A stretch of 64,000 bases of DNA, from the NCBI GenBank assembly GCA_963740835.1, contig CAVUFH010000003.1, positions 644,588 to 708,587 on the forward strand. Direction: 5' to 3'. The position numbers were made by a program, and so were the translations under genes. Below are positions 19,023-30,905 of this stretch, one piece after another (positions within the stretch are counted from its first letter, which is position 1; the number at the start of each line of letters is the position of its first letter). This DNA comes from an uncultured Actinomycetes bacterium (lineage in GTDB: Bacteria > Actinomycetota > Acidimicrobiia > IMCC26256 > PALSA-610). The notes below the pieces were generated by a model. That model was not told where the DNA came from and did not search any database. It saw only the letters and a list, made by a program, of their open reading frames with translations.

Positions 19023-20796
19023 TCATCCTGTGGCGCGTTGCGTCGCGGCTCGGTTGGTGCCGGCGCGTTCGGTTGCGCCTTCGATGAGCGCGGGATCCAC
19101 GTCGAGCGGCTCGGCCGGCTCGAAGCCCTCGACCGGGCGCATCGCCTGCTCGACTTCGGGTGCAGCCTTGATGTTCGGGATGAGGAGCGAGATGAACCCA
19201 CCGATCGTGATCATCACGAACGCGAACACGAGTGCCATGCGCGTGCCGTTCACCACGCCGTGTTCCACCGCCGACTGGATCACGTTCACGACCGCGCGGC
19301 TGGCGCCCGCGGGCGGCCGGTAGTTCGCGCCGAGTGCGTGGATTCCGGCGATTGCGTCGGTCTTCGTGCCGGCGGGCAACCGCGACCCGTTGAGCTGTGT
19401 CGTTGATCGATTGATCGTCTGCGTGGTGAGGATCGCACCGATGACGGCGACACCGAGCGCGGCGCCGACCTGGCGCACGGTCGTGTTGGCGCCGCTCGCG
19501 ACACCAGAGCTCTCCTTCGGGATCTCGGACAGCACGACGTTGGTGAGCTGCGCCAGCGCGAACCCGATCCCGATCCCATAGAACGCGAGGCCGGGGAAGA
19601 GCTCCAGGGCGGTGATGTCGACGGAGACGGCGCGGAAGATCAACACGATGCCGATCGCGTACGCGAGGAAACCGATGCGCACGACGACCGTCGTGCCGAG
19701 GTAGCGGATCAAGCGCCCGCCGAGCTGCGCGCCGATGATGACGAAGATCCCGGTGGGCAATTGCCACCAACCGTTCTGCACCGCGGTGAGGTGGCGACCG
19801 TCCTGCAGGAACACGGGGAGCACGAACGTGATGCCGAGCTGACCCATCGCGACGATGAGGCCGGTGAGCAACCCGTAACGGTACGTGCGCAGCCGCAGGT
19901 GCTTGAATTCGAACAACGGGTCGCGCTCGTGGCGCTCCTTCCACCGCTCGAGGAAGTAGAAGCCGGTGAGGATGGCGACCGATGTGAGGAAGATGATCGG
20001 GATGATCGAGATGGGCTTTGTTGCCGGCCAAAGGTCATGGCCGGCGATGGAGAAGTCCTTGATCGGCTTCCACCACCCGTAGATCGCGCCTTCGCTCAAC
20101 GCGAACACGAGGAGGAACATCCCGGCCGCGATGAGCCCGGCGCCGGGGACGTCGAGCACGATCTTGCGGCCGGCGACGCGGCGGACCTTCATGAACAGGA
20201 CGGCGCCGACGATCGCGAGCGGGGCGATGATCACGTTGATGCCGAACGCCCACCGCCACGAGTAGTTGGTGGTCAGGAACCCGCCGACCACCGGCCCGAC
20301 GGCGACCGCGACCCCGGCGGTGGCGCCCCACGCCGCGAACGCGGTCGCCCGTTCCCGGCCGCGGAACGTGCCGGAAAGGATCGCGAGCGTTGCCGGCAGC
20401 ATCAACGAGGCGCCGATGCCTTCGATGATCGCTTCGCCGAGGATGAGCTGGGGCACGCCTTGCGACAGCGCAGCGATGAGGGATCCGACGCCGAACAGCG
20501 CAGCGCCGATGATGAAGACCCGACGGTGGCCGTAGACGTCGCCGAGCCGGCCACCGATGATGAGCAGCGTCGCGAAGGTCGAGCGCGTAGCCGGTGATGA
20601 CCCATTCGAGGCTCGACAGCGACGTGTCGAACTCTCGGAGGATCGTCGGGATCGCCACGTTCAGCACCGTGTTGTCGAGCACGACGATGAATGCGGACAC
20701 GATCGTGATCGCGAGCGTCACCCACCGCGTCGGGTCGGTCGAGACCGCGTCGAAGTCGTCGGCCTCGGCGAAGTCGGGTGTGTCGATCGAGCTCAT
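19023..20796 (-). CDS. DHA2-family MFS drug:H+ antiporter (EmrB/QacA-like, 14 TM), interrupted by a frameshift near 20580
   Basis: N-terminus MSSIDTPDFAEA...WVTLAITIVSAFIVVLDNTVLNVAIPTILREF...EWVITGYAL. It then continues in another frame as TFATLLIIGGRLGDVYGHRRVFIIGAALFG...QGVPQLILGEAIIEG. One extra base sits at about 20578-20582. The stop is at 19023. Confidence 0.7.
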
Positions 20797-21461
20797 CGGG
20801 CCGGGTGCGGATTCTTCACCCGGTCGAGCTGTGGGAAATCGAGCGGCGTGCCGGGGAGCTCGGTCGCGTTGAGCGGGCGCAACCCGTCGAGGATGATCGT
20901 CAGGTAGCGCTGCCGGAGGACGGGTTGCAGGTCGCCCGCGAGCGCGGTCGTGTGGGCTACGCCGGAGAACAGCATCGCGATGTCGGCCGGGCCGATGTCG
21001 GAGCGCACGGCGCCGGCTCGCTGCGCGTTGGCGACGAGCGCGGTGATCGCCTGGCGCAACGCTTCGCGCGTCGGTTGCGCGGACACGGGGAGGTCGAGCG
21101 CGGTCGCCATCTGCTCCGCGAGCGCGCGGTGACGGGCCTGGAACGCGGCGAGCGCGAGGAAGAACGTCTCGAACGCGGCACCGGGGTCAGGCTGGGTCAG
21201 CGCGGCGCGTGCGTCGGCGAGCAACGACTCGTACATGGCCTCGAGCACCGCTTCGACCAGCGCCTGCTTCGTGGGGAAGTGACGGCACACGGTGCCGACG
21301 CCGACCCCCGCGCGCCGGGCAACTTCTTCGACCTGGGCTTTCAGGCCCATCTCGGCGAACACGTCCTCGGCCGCCGCGAGCACCCGCTCCCGGTTGCGGC
21401 GCGCGTCGCTGCGCATCGGCCGATCAGTGGTGCTGGTGTTCGTGCGTGCGTCCGCAGTCAT
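20793..21461 (-). CDS. TetR-family transcriptional regulator, translationally coupled to the DHA2 pump
   Basis: The HTH reads RRAGVGVGTVCRHFPTKQALVEAV. The stop overlaps the pump's start by 4 bp. Confidence 0.8.
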   Translation of the reverse strand: MTADARTNTSTTDRPMRSDARRNRERVLAAAEDVFAEMGLKAQVEEVARRAGVGVGTVCRHFPTKQALVEAVLEAMYESLLADARAALTQPDPGAAFETFFLALAAFQARHRALAEQMATALDLPVSAQPTREALRQAITALVANAQRAGAVRSDIGPADIAMLFSGVAHTTALAGDLQPVLRQRYLTIILDGLRPLNATELPGTPLDFPQLDRVKNPHPAR

Positions 21462-21848
21462 GGCGGCTCCCGCCGTAACGGAATGGTGCTTCCGATTGTA
21501 GCAGACAAACCGGAATCGCCATTCCACTTTTGCGGCGACGAGGTGCTGGGCCGGTGCGCTCCGGCGGCGCCGGGTCAGGCGTTGAACCCCGGCGGTACGC
21601 CGAGCGCGGCGTCGAACACGGTGTGCACGTCGGTGACGCGCGGTTCGCTCGGATCGAACCCGGTCTGGATCAGCGACATCAGCATCGACAGCACGATCGT
21701 CAGCAAGCCGCCTGCCATGCGGTCGAGATCGTCGTCGGTGGGCACGCGGCTCACACGACGGCCCGGCCGGAGCGATCCAGGCCGCGCACGCGTTGCCAGC
21801 GCGCGGTGCTCAGGTCCAGCCGTGCGGGTGTGGCCTTGGCTGCGCGGT

Positions 21849-22504
21849 TCAGCGAGGGTCGTCCCGGTCGAGGTTCCAGTGGCGCGCCACCTGTCCGAGC
21901 CAGGCGTCGTCACCGCGGGGAAGGATGGCGAACCGGCTCACCGTGTGCTGACCGCCGTCGTAGTCTCCGTAGAGCAGATCGACGGTCAGGGGCTGGCGGC
22001 CCTTGATGGCCGTCGCCACTTCGTCCCACCCAGCCTCGTCGCGATCGCGGATCACCCCCTGCCAGAAGCCGATCTCGTTGGCCGGGATGTACCGATCTCG
22101 TTGGCCGGGATGTAGAGGTCACGCGTCAATCGCCGGAAGTGGCGGGTGTCGGCGAGGTCGGGCTCGTCCCGGTGCCGCTCGGGATAGAGGTTCCACCGGT
22201 CGAGCACGGCGATGCCGTTGCCGGAGTTCCGCACCGAGATCGCGAGATAGATGTTGCCGTCCTCGACTTCCGCGCTGGCGAACCCACCCTTGAGCGCGAC
22301 CCAGTGATCGTCGATGAACCCCACCTTCTGCACGGGGTCGTCGAACCGCGACGGGATGAGCAACGGACGCAAGCCGGCCTGCAGCGACCGTTCGGCGGCG
22401 CGCGCCGTACGGTTCGCAGAACGCACCGACGCGAACGTCGCGGTCGCGAGGACGAGCGTGCCGGTCGCGGTGGCGAGCGACGAGATGGTCACCCAGTCAG
22501 CCAT
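21849..22504 (-). pseudogene. Membrane-anchored hypothetical protein disrupted by a 23-bp tandem duplication
   Basis: ORFs 22052..22510 and 21849..22055 are parts of one gene (…RDLYIPANEIG | FWQGVIRDRDEAGWDEV…). The unit CCGATCTCGTTGGCCGGGATGTA occurs twice back-to-back at 22058-22103, shifting the frame. Confidence 0.5.
22058..22103. repeat. Perfect 23-bp direct tandem duplication inside a CDS
   Basis: Read directly from the sequence. The length is not a multiple of 3, so it shifts the frame. Confidence 0.85.
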
Positions 22505-22545
22505 GAACAAACGCTACGCGATGTGCGATTTGGGCGCGCGCTCGC

Positions 22546-25500
22546 TCATTGCAACGCGCGCCGCCGGCGCCGGAACGCGCTCGCGCACACGGCGCCGAGT
22601 CCGAGCATGGCGAAGGCGCCGAACACGAGGGGTCTCGGTGCTGCGCCGGTGAACGGCAGCCCGCTCTCGTCCGTGCTCCCGCCACCACCGGGCTCAGCCG
22701 GCGTCGTCGCGTCGACGGTCACGGTCGCGCCCTCGACGCTCGTGCCCGGATCGATGGCGACGCCCGCGACGGTGGCGCCGTTGGTGAAGGGTCCGGCCTG
22801 GTCGACGCGCGTGTCGACGAACACGGAGGTGCCGGTGTTCGCGGCGAGTGCGCCGAGCTGACACACGACGGCCTGGCCGGTGATCGTGCACTCCGGTGAC
22901 GCGGTGAGCGGTGTCAGGCCGGTGGGCACGTTGTCGGTGACGACGACGTCACCGGCCGCGCCCGGTCCGGCGTTCTGTACGGAGATCGTGAAGCGCACGG
23001 TGTCCCCGACGGCAGGTGCGGTGCTGCTGACCGTCTTGGTGACCGTGACGCGGGCGAGCATCGGCGTGACGGTCACACTCGCGGTGTCGTTGTCGGGAAC
23101 GACATCGGGTGGGCCGGTGCCGGACACCGTTGCCGTGTTCGTCGTCGGCGCGGCCGCGGTGACGGTCGCGACGACAGTCAGCGTGGCGGTGCCGCCCGGC
23201 AGGACATCGCCGATCGTCCACACGCCGGTGGCGGCGTCGTAGGTGCCGACGGACGCGGTCGCGGACACGAAGGTCAGCCCGGTGGGCAGCGGATCGTCGA
23301 CGACGACGTCCTGCGCGGTGTCGGGCCCGTTGTTGCCGACGCCGATGCTGAATGTCACGTTGCTGCCGAGCGCGGGCGCAGGGACGTCGACGATCTTGCT
23401 GATCGACAGATCTGCGCCGGGGACGATGAGCGTCGCCGACGCCTCGTTGTTCGAGAGGTCCGGGTCGGGCAAATCGGCGGTGAACACGATCGTGCGGTTG
23501 ATGACCGTCAACGGGGTCGTGATCAACACGTCGACCGTGATCGTCGCGGTCGCGCCGGACGCGAGGTCACCGACCGTCCACACCCGGCTGTCGGGATCGA
23601 ACGTTCCCTGTGTCGTGACGACCGCTGTGAAGGTGGCCGGGGTGCGGTTGGTCTCAAGCAGCTGGATGTTGGTGTCGTCGTCGGGACCGTTGTTCGTCAC
23701 GGTCACCGTGTACGTCGCGGTGTCGCCGATCTGTGCGGTCGTCGGCGACACCGACTTCGTCACACTCAGGTCCGCTTCCGCCTGCACTTGCACGGACGCG
23801 CTGGCCGCGTTGTTCTGATCGTTGGTGTCGGTCTCGTTCAGGGCTGACAGCGCGACCGCGTTCGTGTACGTGCCCGCGCCACCGTTCGCGAGCGCGGTGA
23901 GGATCAGGGTCGGGGTCGCGCCGACCGGGACCGTGCCGACGGACCACCGGCCGGTGCTGCTGTCGTAGGTTCCTTGGCTCGGTGTCGCGGACACGAAGTC
24001 GAGACCGGCCGGCAGCACATCGGTGAAGACGACACCGGTCGCCGGGTTCGGGCCCGCGTTCGACGCGGTGAGCGTAAAGCTCACCGTTGTCGTGCGGGGC
24101 GCGACCAGGCCGGTGTTCAGCTCCTTCGTGATCCCTACGTCCACCGGAGGCGGTGGCACGGGCGCGATCTGGATCCCTGCAGACGCCGCGTTGTTGTCGC
24201 CGTTCGGGTCCGTGATTCCGGGATCGGTGACCTTCACGCCGTTGGCCTGGAACCCGACGGCCGTCGCGGTCGTGAACAGCTCGAGCCGCACCGAGATGCC
24301 CGGCGCGAGCGCGCCGATGGTCCACACACCCGTGGCGGCGTCGTACGTACCGACCTCGGGGTTGGCGCTGACGAACTGGAGGCCACTCGTCAACGCGTCG
24401 TTCACCACGACATTGGGTGACGTATCAGGTCCCGAGTTCGTCGCGGAGACGACGAACGAGACCGTGTCACCGACCAACGCGTTGTCGGGCGGGCGCACGA
24501 TCTTGGCGACACCGAGGTCCGCGAGTGGTGGCGTGATGTTGACGTTCGCGGTGGCCACGTCGTTGTTCGGGTTGACGTCGGTCGGTGAGACCGATGCCAG
24601 TGCGGCGGTGTTGATGACGAAGCCGGGGGACACTGCGAGCTCGACGATCTGGATGGTGGCCGATCCCGGGAACGAGAGATCGCCCACCGTCCACACGCCG
24701 GAATCGGGGTCGTACGAGCCGGTACCGGTCGCGCTCACGAACGCGGCGCCGATCGGGATCGGGTCGCGCACGGTGATGCCTGTGGCGGGGAACGGCCCTT
24801 CGTTGTTGACGGTCACCGTGCTCGTGAACGTCTGGCCGACGCGCACCTCGGCGGTGTCGACCGATTTCAACACCGCGATGTCGGTGGTGGGGACGACCGG
24901 ATTGACCGTGGTCGATCCGGTCTCGTTACTCGGGTTGAGGTCGGGTTGGTCGCGCGTCGTCACGGTCGCGCTGTTGACGACCGCGTTGGCTGAGTCGATC
25001 CGATCGGTGATCGTGAGCGTCGCGGATCCGTTGACGGCCAGCGCGGGGATGCTCCACGTTCCCGCTGTCGAATCGTACGTGCCGACCGACGGCACCGCGG
25101 AGATGAAGGTCGCGCCGATCGGTGTCGGGTCGCTCACGACGATGTTGCGCGCCTCGCTCGGGCCTGCGTTGCTCACCGTCACGGTGTAGACGACGTTGCT
25201 GCCAACGACTGGAGTCTGGTTGTCGACCGTCTTCGCGAGTGCGAGGTCGGCTGCGACCGGGATGCTCGCGGTGGCGGGCGGCGACACTGGCTTCTGCCCG
25301 ATCGGCGTCGTGCCGACGGCGGTCGCGGTGTTGGTGATGAACCCGTTCGCGGCGATGTCCTGGAGCCGGATCGCGTACGTGCCGGTACACGTGACGGACG
25401 TGCCCGGCGCGAGGCTCGTCGTCGGGCACGACACCGCGGCGACGCGGTTGTCAGTGACCGCGACGTTGGCGAGGTCGGAACCGCCTGTGTTGGTGACCAC

Positions 25501-26895
25501 ATACGAGTACGACACGTTCTGCCCGACGCGGTACGGCCCGGCCGTCGTCGAGGCCTTGGTCAGGCCGATCGACGAGGTGAGCGGCACGGTCACCGACGAC
25601 GGCCCGGAGGTCACCGGGAGGTTGCCGGGATCGCGCGCCGGCCGTGGCCGTGTTGGTGACGCTGCCCGCCGCGGTATCGGTCGCGGTCACGGTATGGACC
25701 CCGGTGCACACGACGGTGCTCGCCGGATTCGGCGCGGGCGGCAGCGTGGTGGCCGGGCAGGTGATGCCCGTCGCGCTCGGGTCGGTGATCGCGAGGCCCG
25801 TGAGCGTCTCCGCACCCGCGTTGGTGACCACGAACTGATACGGGATCGTGGAGCCGACCGTGAGGACCGGGGGCAGTTGCGTCGCCCGGCTCACTTGCTT
25901 CACCAGGTTGAGCGACGCGAGCGGTAGCACCGTGCCGACGAGCGCGTTCCGCAGGAGGTGCACGTCGGTGGAGCCGCCCGTCGAGCCGGAGAAGCCGAAC
26001 TTGTACGTCGAAGGCGTTCCCGGCGGCGCAGGGAGGTTCTGGATCACGTTCTGGAAGCCGGAACCGAAGTCGATCTGCACGTTGATCAACGGCGACGCGC
26101 CGGGCGAGATCGTCAGGTGGACGATGCGCTTCGCGTTGTTCAACGCGGTACCGGCGAGCCGGCCCGGCAGCGTCGATGTCGGCCGGTTCGGGTTGGACGC
26201 GGGATCGGTCGTGCTCGCGAGGTAGCAGTACCCGACGGTGCCCGAACCGGGCCCGCGCACGACGACGGTGTTCGGCGCGATCGGGCCGTTGTCGGTGGAC
26301 GGTGAGCGCTGCCCGGGCGGGCATCCGTTCCCGCGGCCTTCGCCGTCGTCGTAGAAGTTGCCGAACACGTCGAACCCGATCCCGACATACCCCCCGAGGA
26401 TGCCGGGCTCGCTGTTGCGTTGCGCGTAGCCGAGGCTGCCGCCGAGCCCGCCGGTCGCGGTGAGCTGCGTCGCGCCGTCGACGAGGAAGAACGTGATGCC
26501 GTCGGCGCCGCTCCCGCCGTACTGGTAGATCTCGAATGTCGCGTCGATGCCTGCACTCGCGGGGATCGGGCGGTTGTAGAAGACCGCGCCCGCCTTGTTG
26601 TTCGCGGCGTCGGTGAACTGCAGGTATCCGGGTGTCGTGCCGCGCGGTGGGACCGGACCCGACTGCGAACTCGGGCATGCAGCCAGTTGCGCGGTGCTCG
26701 ACGTCGCGCCGGTGAGGCACGTCGAACCCGTGCCGCGGATCAAGGGATCCGACACGGTCGCGCCGGTGAAGGGTTCGTTGACGAGCACCGTCGCCGGCGC
26801 GGCGCTCGCCGCAGTGGTGCCGACGACCCAGGTGAGGGACGTGGCGAGGAACGCGACGACCGGCAGTGTCACGAAGACCCGCCGGATTGTCCGCA
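22546..26895 (-). CDS. Giant LPXTG cell-wall-anchored surface protein. The layout is signal peptide, L-type lectin/ConA-like domain, about 9 DUF11 repeats, then an LPFTG sorting signal. There is a frameshift near 25645
   Basis: The C-terminus reads ...ESGLPFTGAAPRPLVFGAFAMLGLGAVCASAFRRRRRALQ, which is an LPXTG motif, a hydrophobic stretch and a basic tail. The repeated ~100-aa units match the DUF11 repeat pattern (e.g. DLALAKTVDNQTPVVGSNVVYTVTVSNAGPS). The N-terminus has the lectin-like segment GITFFLVDG. The two ORFs, 22546..25614 and 25451..27235, join after removing one base from the GCGCGCG run near 25641-25650. Confidence 0.8.
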
Positions 26896-26958
26896 CGGAC
26901 GAACCGTAACCGTTACGCGTGCATTGCGAAACCGGACCGTACTGAGGGTCTGATCCGG

Positions 26959-27771
26959 TCAGGTCGCCGATGCGCACGCTCGCGGCTCGTAGATCGCGGT
27001 GTGATCGGTCTGCATCACGATGCGCGCCACCGCCGCTTCGCCGGCGGTCACGATCACGTCGAGCGTGACGAACTTGTGGCCGCGCCGCTCCCAGACGCGC
27101 GTGACCTGCGCGCGAGTGCGGACTTGTTCGCCGTCGTGCACACGTGCGAAGAGCCGTACATCGCTGCCGACGTGTATCCACGGACCGAGCATCACGTTCG
27201 CGGCGAGGATGCGGTTGGCGCGGCGCAACAACCAACCCGGGTGCGCGACACCGTCCTCGCGGTAGACAGGAAGCGTCTCGCTGATTCCGTCGACGTATTC
27301 GACGGCACGCCGGGCGTCGAACCGCGTCGTGATCGCGCCGAGTGTCGTGCCCGGGGCCAGGCTCTCTGCGGAGGCGGGCGGGCGAGGATCCGGGAGCGGT
27401 GGCGGTGGCTCGTCAACGTGCTCGGGTGGCGTTCCGGCGCCGGCGCGCGCCGTCGCGATCGCGCACCGCGCGTCCCGCTCGTCGCGCACCGCGAGCGCGA
27501 GGGTGCCGTCCGAGTCGGACGACTCGCGCGTGACGGTGGTCTCCTTGCCGTCGTAGACCGGGTGCTCGAAACGCACGGTGATCGCGCCGTCCGCGAGCCA
27601 CTCGTTCCCGAAGTGCTCGACCACGGGGTGCGTCGCGTACGCGTAGACGTCCACGCCGGGTACCAGTCCGCCGGCGAAGCCGTATCGGCGCGCCACGGTG
27701 TCGTCGTGGATCTTGTTGGTGGATGTGGTCGCGAGGTTGTGGGCGCGCACTCGGTAGCAGACGGTCACGGC
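26959..27771 (-). CDS. MaoC-like (hot-dog fold) dehydratase, double hot-dog
   Basis: About 270 aa with the two-half hot-dog pattern and DDTVARRYGFAGGLVPGV. The start is approximate. Confidence 0.55.
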   Translation of the reverse strand, partial: AVTVCYRVRAHNLATTSTNKIHDDTVARRYGFAGGLVPGVDVYAYATHPVVEHFGNEWLADGAITVRFEHPVYDGKETTVTRESSDSDGTLALAVRDERDARCAIATARAGAGTPPEHVDEPPPPLPDPRPPASAESLAPGTTLGAITTRFDARRAVEYVDGISETLPVYREDGVAHPGWLLRRANRILAANVMLGPWIHVGSDVRLFARVHDGEQVRTRAQVTRVWERRGHKFVTLDVIVTAGEAAVARIVMQTDHTAIYEPRACASAT

Positions 27772-27835
27772 CTGATGATTCCACGTCGCAAGCCGGGCCG
27801 GGCCCCGGAGGCACCGACTCGTAGGATGCGCCTTC

Positions 27836-28678
27836 GTGGCAGTGCTGCTGGGCGTACTGGTTGCGCTGTCGTTCGGGACCGGCGACTTCTTCGGCGGGCG
27901 CGCATCGGGGCAGGCATCCGTCGTCGGCACGCTCGTGGTCTCCCAGGCGTGCGCGTTCGTCGGCGCGGTCCTCCTGGTGGTCCTGACGGCGGGTACGGTC
28001 GCGTCGCACGACGTCGCGCTCGGCGTGCTCGCCGGTCTCGTGAACGTGCTGGGACTCGGTCTGCTCTACGGTGCGCTTGCCCGCTTCGTGATCGGCGTCG
28101 TCGCGCCGATCACCGCGGTGGTGGCGTCGCTCGTCCCGGTCACGTGGGGGCTGCTGCACGGCGAGCGACCATCGGTGCTCGCCCTCTGTGGCGTGGCGCT
28201 GGCGATCGTCGCGGGCGCATTGATCGCGCGCGATCCCAGCGAACGTTCGGGTGGTTGGGCCGCCGGCGCGCTCGTCGCCGCGGTCGCCGGTGTCGCGCTC
28301 GGAACCTCGCTCGTGCTGTTCGCGGAAACCGGCGCCGACTCGGGCATGTGGCCGGTCTTCGCGGCGCGCACCGCGGCGACCACCGCGGTGTGGGGGTTCG
28401 CGCTCGTGCTGGTGATCCGCCGGCGCCCGGCACGGGTCCCGCGCGGGGGCACCGTCGGGCTCGCGATCGCCGCGGGCGCTCTCGATGTCGGCGCGACCGC
28501 GATGCTGGTGCTCGCGGTGCGGCGCGGTCTGATCGTGCTCGTCGCGCCGATCGCCTCGCTCGCGCCCGGATTCACCGTGCTGCTCGCATGGGTCGTGCTC
28601 GGTGAGCAACTCGGCCGCGTACAGCGCATCGGGCTGTGCTGCGCGCTCGCCGGGCTCGTGCTCGTGTCGACCGGCTGA
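27836..28678 (+). CDS. EamA/DMT-family transporter
   Basis: 280 aa with 10 TM helices and two EamA-like halves. Confidence 0.8.
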   Translation: MAVLLGVLVALSFGTGDFFGGRASGQASVVGTLVVSQACAFVGAVLLVVLTAGTVASHDVALGVLAGLVNVLGLGLLYGALARFVIGVVAPITAVVASLVPVTWGLLHGERPSVLALCGVALAIVAGALIARDPSERSGGWAAGALVAAVAGVALGTSLVLFAETGADSGMWPVFAARTAATTAVWGFALVLVIRRRPARVPRGGTVGLAIAAGALDVGATAMLVLAVRRGLIVLVAPIASLAPGFTVLLAWVVLGEQLGRVQRIGLCCALAGLVLVSTG

Positions 28679-29007
28679 CGCCGATCCACCTGTAGGCATT
28701 TGGGCGCGCGACCGACATCATGATCGACGCGCCCGCGACGATCGTGTGGGAGCACGACGACGGAGTGCGCAGCGTGCTCGACATCACGCTCGCGCGCGAC
28801 ATGTACTTCCACTCCGACTCCTACACGGGCGACGAACGGGTCGAGGTGACCGGGACGGCGTCGGTGTGGTCGCGATCAACTATCGCGCAACCATGTCGGC
28901 CGCAACGTCGTCGAGGTCTTCACGGTGCGCGACGGTGTCGCGACGAGCGGTACCGCGCTGTACGGACCGGAGCCGTAGCCGTAGCCGTATTGGGCGTCCG
29001 CGACCGA

Positions 29008-29640
29008 TCAGTATTCGTCGGCGCGGTGCACGAGCCCGTCGAGCATCTGTTCGAGCATCGTTCGCAGTCGGGCACGGAGCTCGACGGTGGGGACCCCGAG
29101 CTGGCGGGCCGCGGACTCGCCGTAGATCGCGACCGCGATCGAAGTCGCGAGGCTGAACACGTGCGCGGCGTCGATATCGATTCCGGCCGGCAGCGCGCCG
29201 GTGTCGATCTCGGCCTGGTATTGCGCACGTGTCGCTTGGATGAACGGCAACGGCGTGTAGTCGGGGTCGTCATCGAGCGCGAGCAGCGCGGTCAACGCGA
29301 GTCGCGGCCGCGATCCAATCACGTCGAACATGCGCACCCGCCGGGCGACGAACGGCAACGCACCCGCGTCGACGAGCGCGACCTGCATCCACGCGAGCTC
29401 GCGCGTGAGCGCGGCCCGCAACAGACCCTGCCGCGAACCGAACAGGTGGTAGATGTTCGCCGGCGTCACCCCGACGCGATCGGCCACCTCCCGCAGGTTG
29501 AGCCCCGCGAGCACGCCGCGCTCGGTGAGCAGGTCGAGCGCGGCGTCCATGAGTGCGTCCCCGGTCGACGACGGCGTCGCGCCGGCCGTCCCGTTCCCGA
29601 TCTCTTTCCCGATCTCGTCCACGGGTCGCCAGGCTGCCAC
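29008..29640 (-). CDS. TetR-family transcriptional regulator
   Basis: HTH region LNLREVADRVGVTPANIYHLFGSRQGLL. 210 aa. Confidence 0.8.
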   Translation of the reverse strand: MAAWRPVDEIGKEIGNGTAGATPSSTGDALMDAALDLLTERGVLAGLNLREVADRVGVTPANIYHLFGSRQGLLRAALTRELAWMQVALVDAGALPFVARRVRMFDVIGSRPRLALTALLALDDDPDYTPLPFIQATRAQYQAEIDTGALPAGIDIDAAHVFSLATSIAVAIYGESAARQLGVPTVELRARLRTMLEQMLDGLVHRADEY

Positions 29641-29681
29641 AGCGGTTGCACAGGTACTAACGAATCGTTAGCGTCCACGCC

Positions 29682-30852
29682 ATGCGTGCATCTCGGGTTG
29701 CTCGTTCGGCCGTGGTCCTCGCGCTGGTGGTGCTCGCGGCGGCGTGCACACTGCCGCTGTCGACGCCGGGGAGCACCGCGTCGATCCAGTTCCTGAGCAG
29801 CGAGACGCTCGACGGCTGGCACTACGACTACTACCGGAACACCGCGTATCCGTGCGCCATCTCCGGTTACCAGACGTTCGCGATCGGGACCAAGGTCGGG
29901 TCGTCGCCCACGGTCGCGCGCCCGCTGTGGGCGTTCATGCACGGTGGCGGCGCGGGCTACTTCGACGCCAACGGCAACCCGCAGCCGACCGCGGGCCAGA
30001 AGAAGGAGGAGCCGATCACCCGGCTCGTCGACGAAGCGGTCGGGCAGAAGGGCCTGCTCTTGCTGATCCGCAACGACCCGGCTGGGTTCAGAACCGTTTC
30101 GGTCTCGTACTGCAGCCACGACGTGTACGCCGGTGTGAACAGCCCAGATCCGCACAACCCGAACACGACGCCCGACGGCCAACCCCGGACCACGAACGGC
30201 GTGCTCGCGACGAAGGCCGCGATCGCGTACGCGCAGAGCAAGTACCCGACCACGAAGGTGTTCCTGCACGGGACGAGCGCGGGTTCGGCGGGAACGTTCG
30301 GCGTGGCGTGGTCGATGGAGCAGCAAGGTGTCCCGCCCGCGGGCATCGTGGCCGACGCCAGCCTCGTGAACGCCGAAGGGATGAGCGCGGCGTTCGCGCA
30401 GGGTCTCTGCACCGACGACAACGATCCCGCAGCGCGTGGGCGCGATCGCAGCGCGGGTGCATCCCGACCTCGCGAACGTCGCCAACGAGCCGGACAAGCT
30501 CGTGGCGAGTGGTCGGCTGACGGTGCCGATCATGCACGTGTGGAACCACGGCGACCAGAACACGTGCGGCTCCCCGCCGATGAGCTGCCCACTCCGCGAC
30601 GGCTCCGTCGTGACGATCGGCCTCACCGACTGTCTGCACGAGCCGATGCGCCTCGCGATCGCCGCGCAGGGGCCGGCGAGCAGGTCACTGAACCTGCCGG
30701 TCTGCGTCGACGCCAAGTCCGACCCGGTGAAGGACTGCTCGATGCACGTCACGACACCGCGGGTCGGCACCGTCAACACCGACCCCGCGTCGCCCGCGGA
30801 CTACGAAGGCGCGATCCTGACCTGGGTGCACGCCCGCCTCGCCGACGCGTAG
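29682..30852 (+). CDS. Secreted lipoprotein, alpha/beta-hydrolase-like (esterase-like G-T-S-A-G motif), interrupted by a frameshift near 30425
   Basis: Signal peptide plus lipobox LAAAC. Motifs WAFMHGGGAGYF and HGTSAGSAG. The frame switches after ...GLCTDDND to continue ...IPQRVGAIAARVHPDLANVANEP... (ORF 30436..30852). Confidence 0.55.
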
Positions 30853-30905
30853 GGAGGGCGTATCCTCACGGGTGACGTTGGGACACGACGCGACGCCCGA
30901 ACGGC

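Noticed and set aside
21575-21913. A 112-aa minus-strand ORF whose C-terminus (…LLTIVLSMLMSLIQTGFDPSEP…) looks vaguely like a TetR C-terminal domain ending
   Set aside because: It overlaps the 3' end of the neighbouring gene. The N-terminal two-thirds is Arg/Thr/Gly-rich junk, and there is no HTH. It is possibly a decayed paralog remnant, and the evidence is too weak.
28720-28990. A fragmentary NTF2/SnoaL-like reading frame (…GDERVEVTGTASV… then …NHVGRNVVEVFTVRDGVATSGTALYGPEP*) between the DMT transporter and the TetR gene
   Set aside because: It is only about 80 aa, lacks the N-terminal half of the fold, and needs a frameshift to join. It is probably a gene remnant, so it is not listed as a feature.
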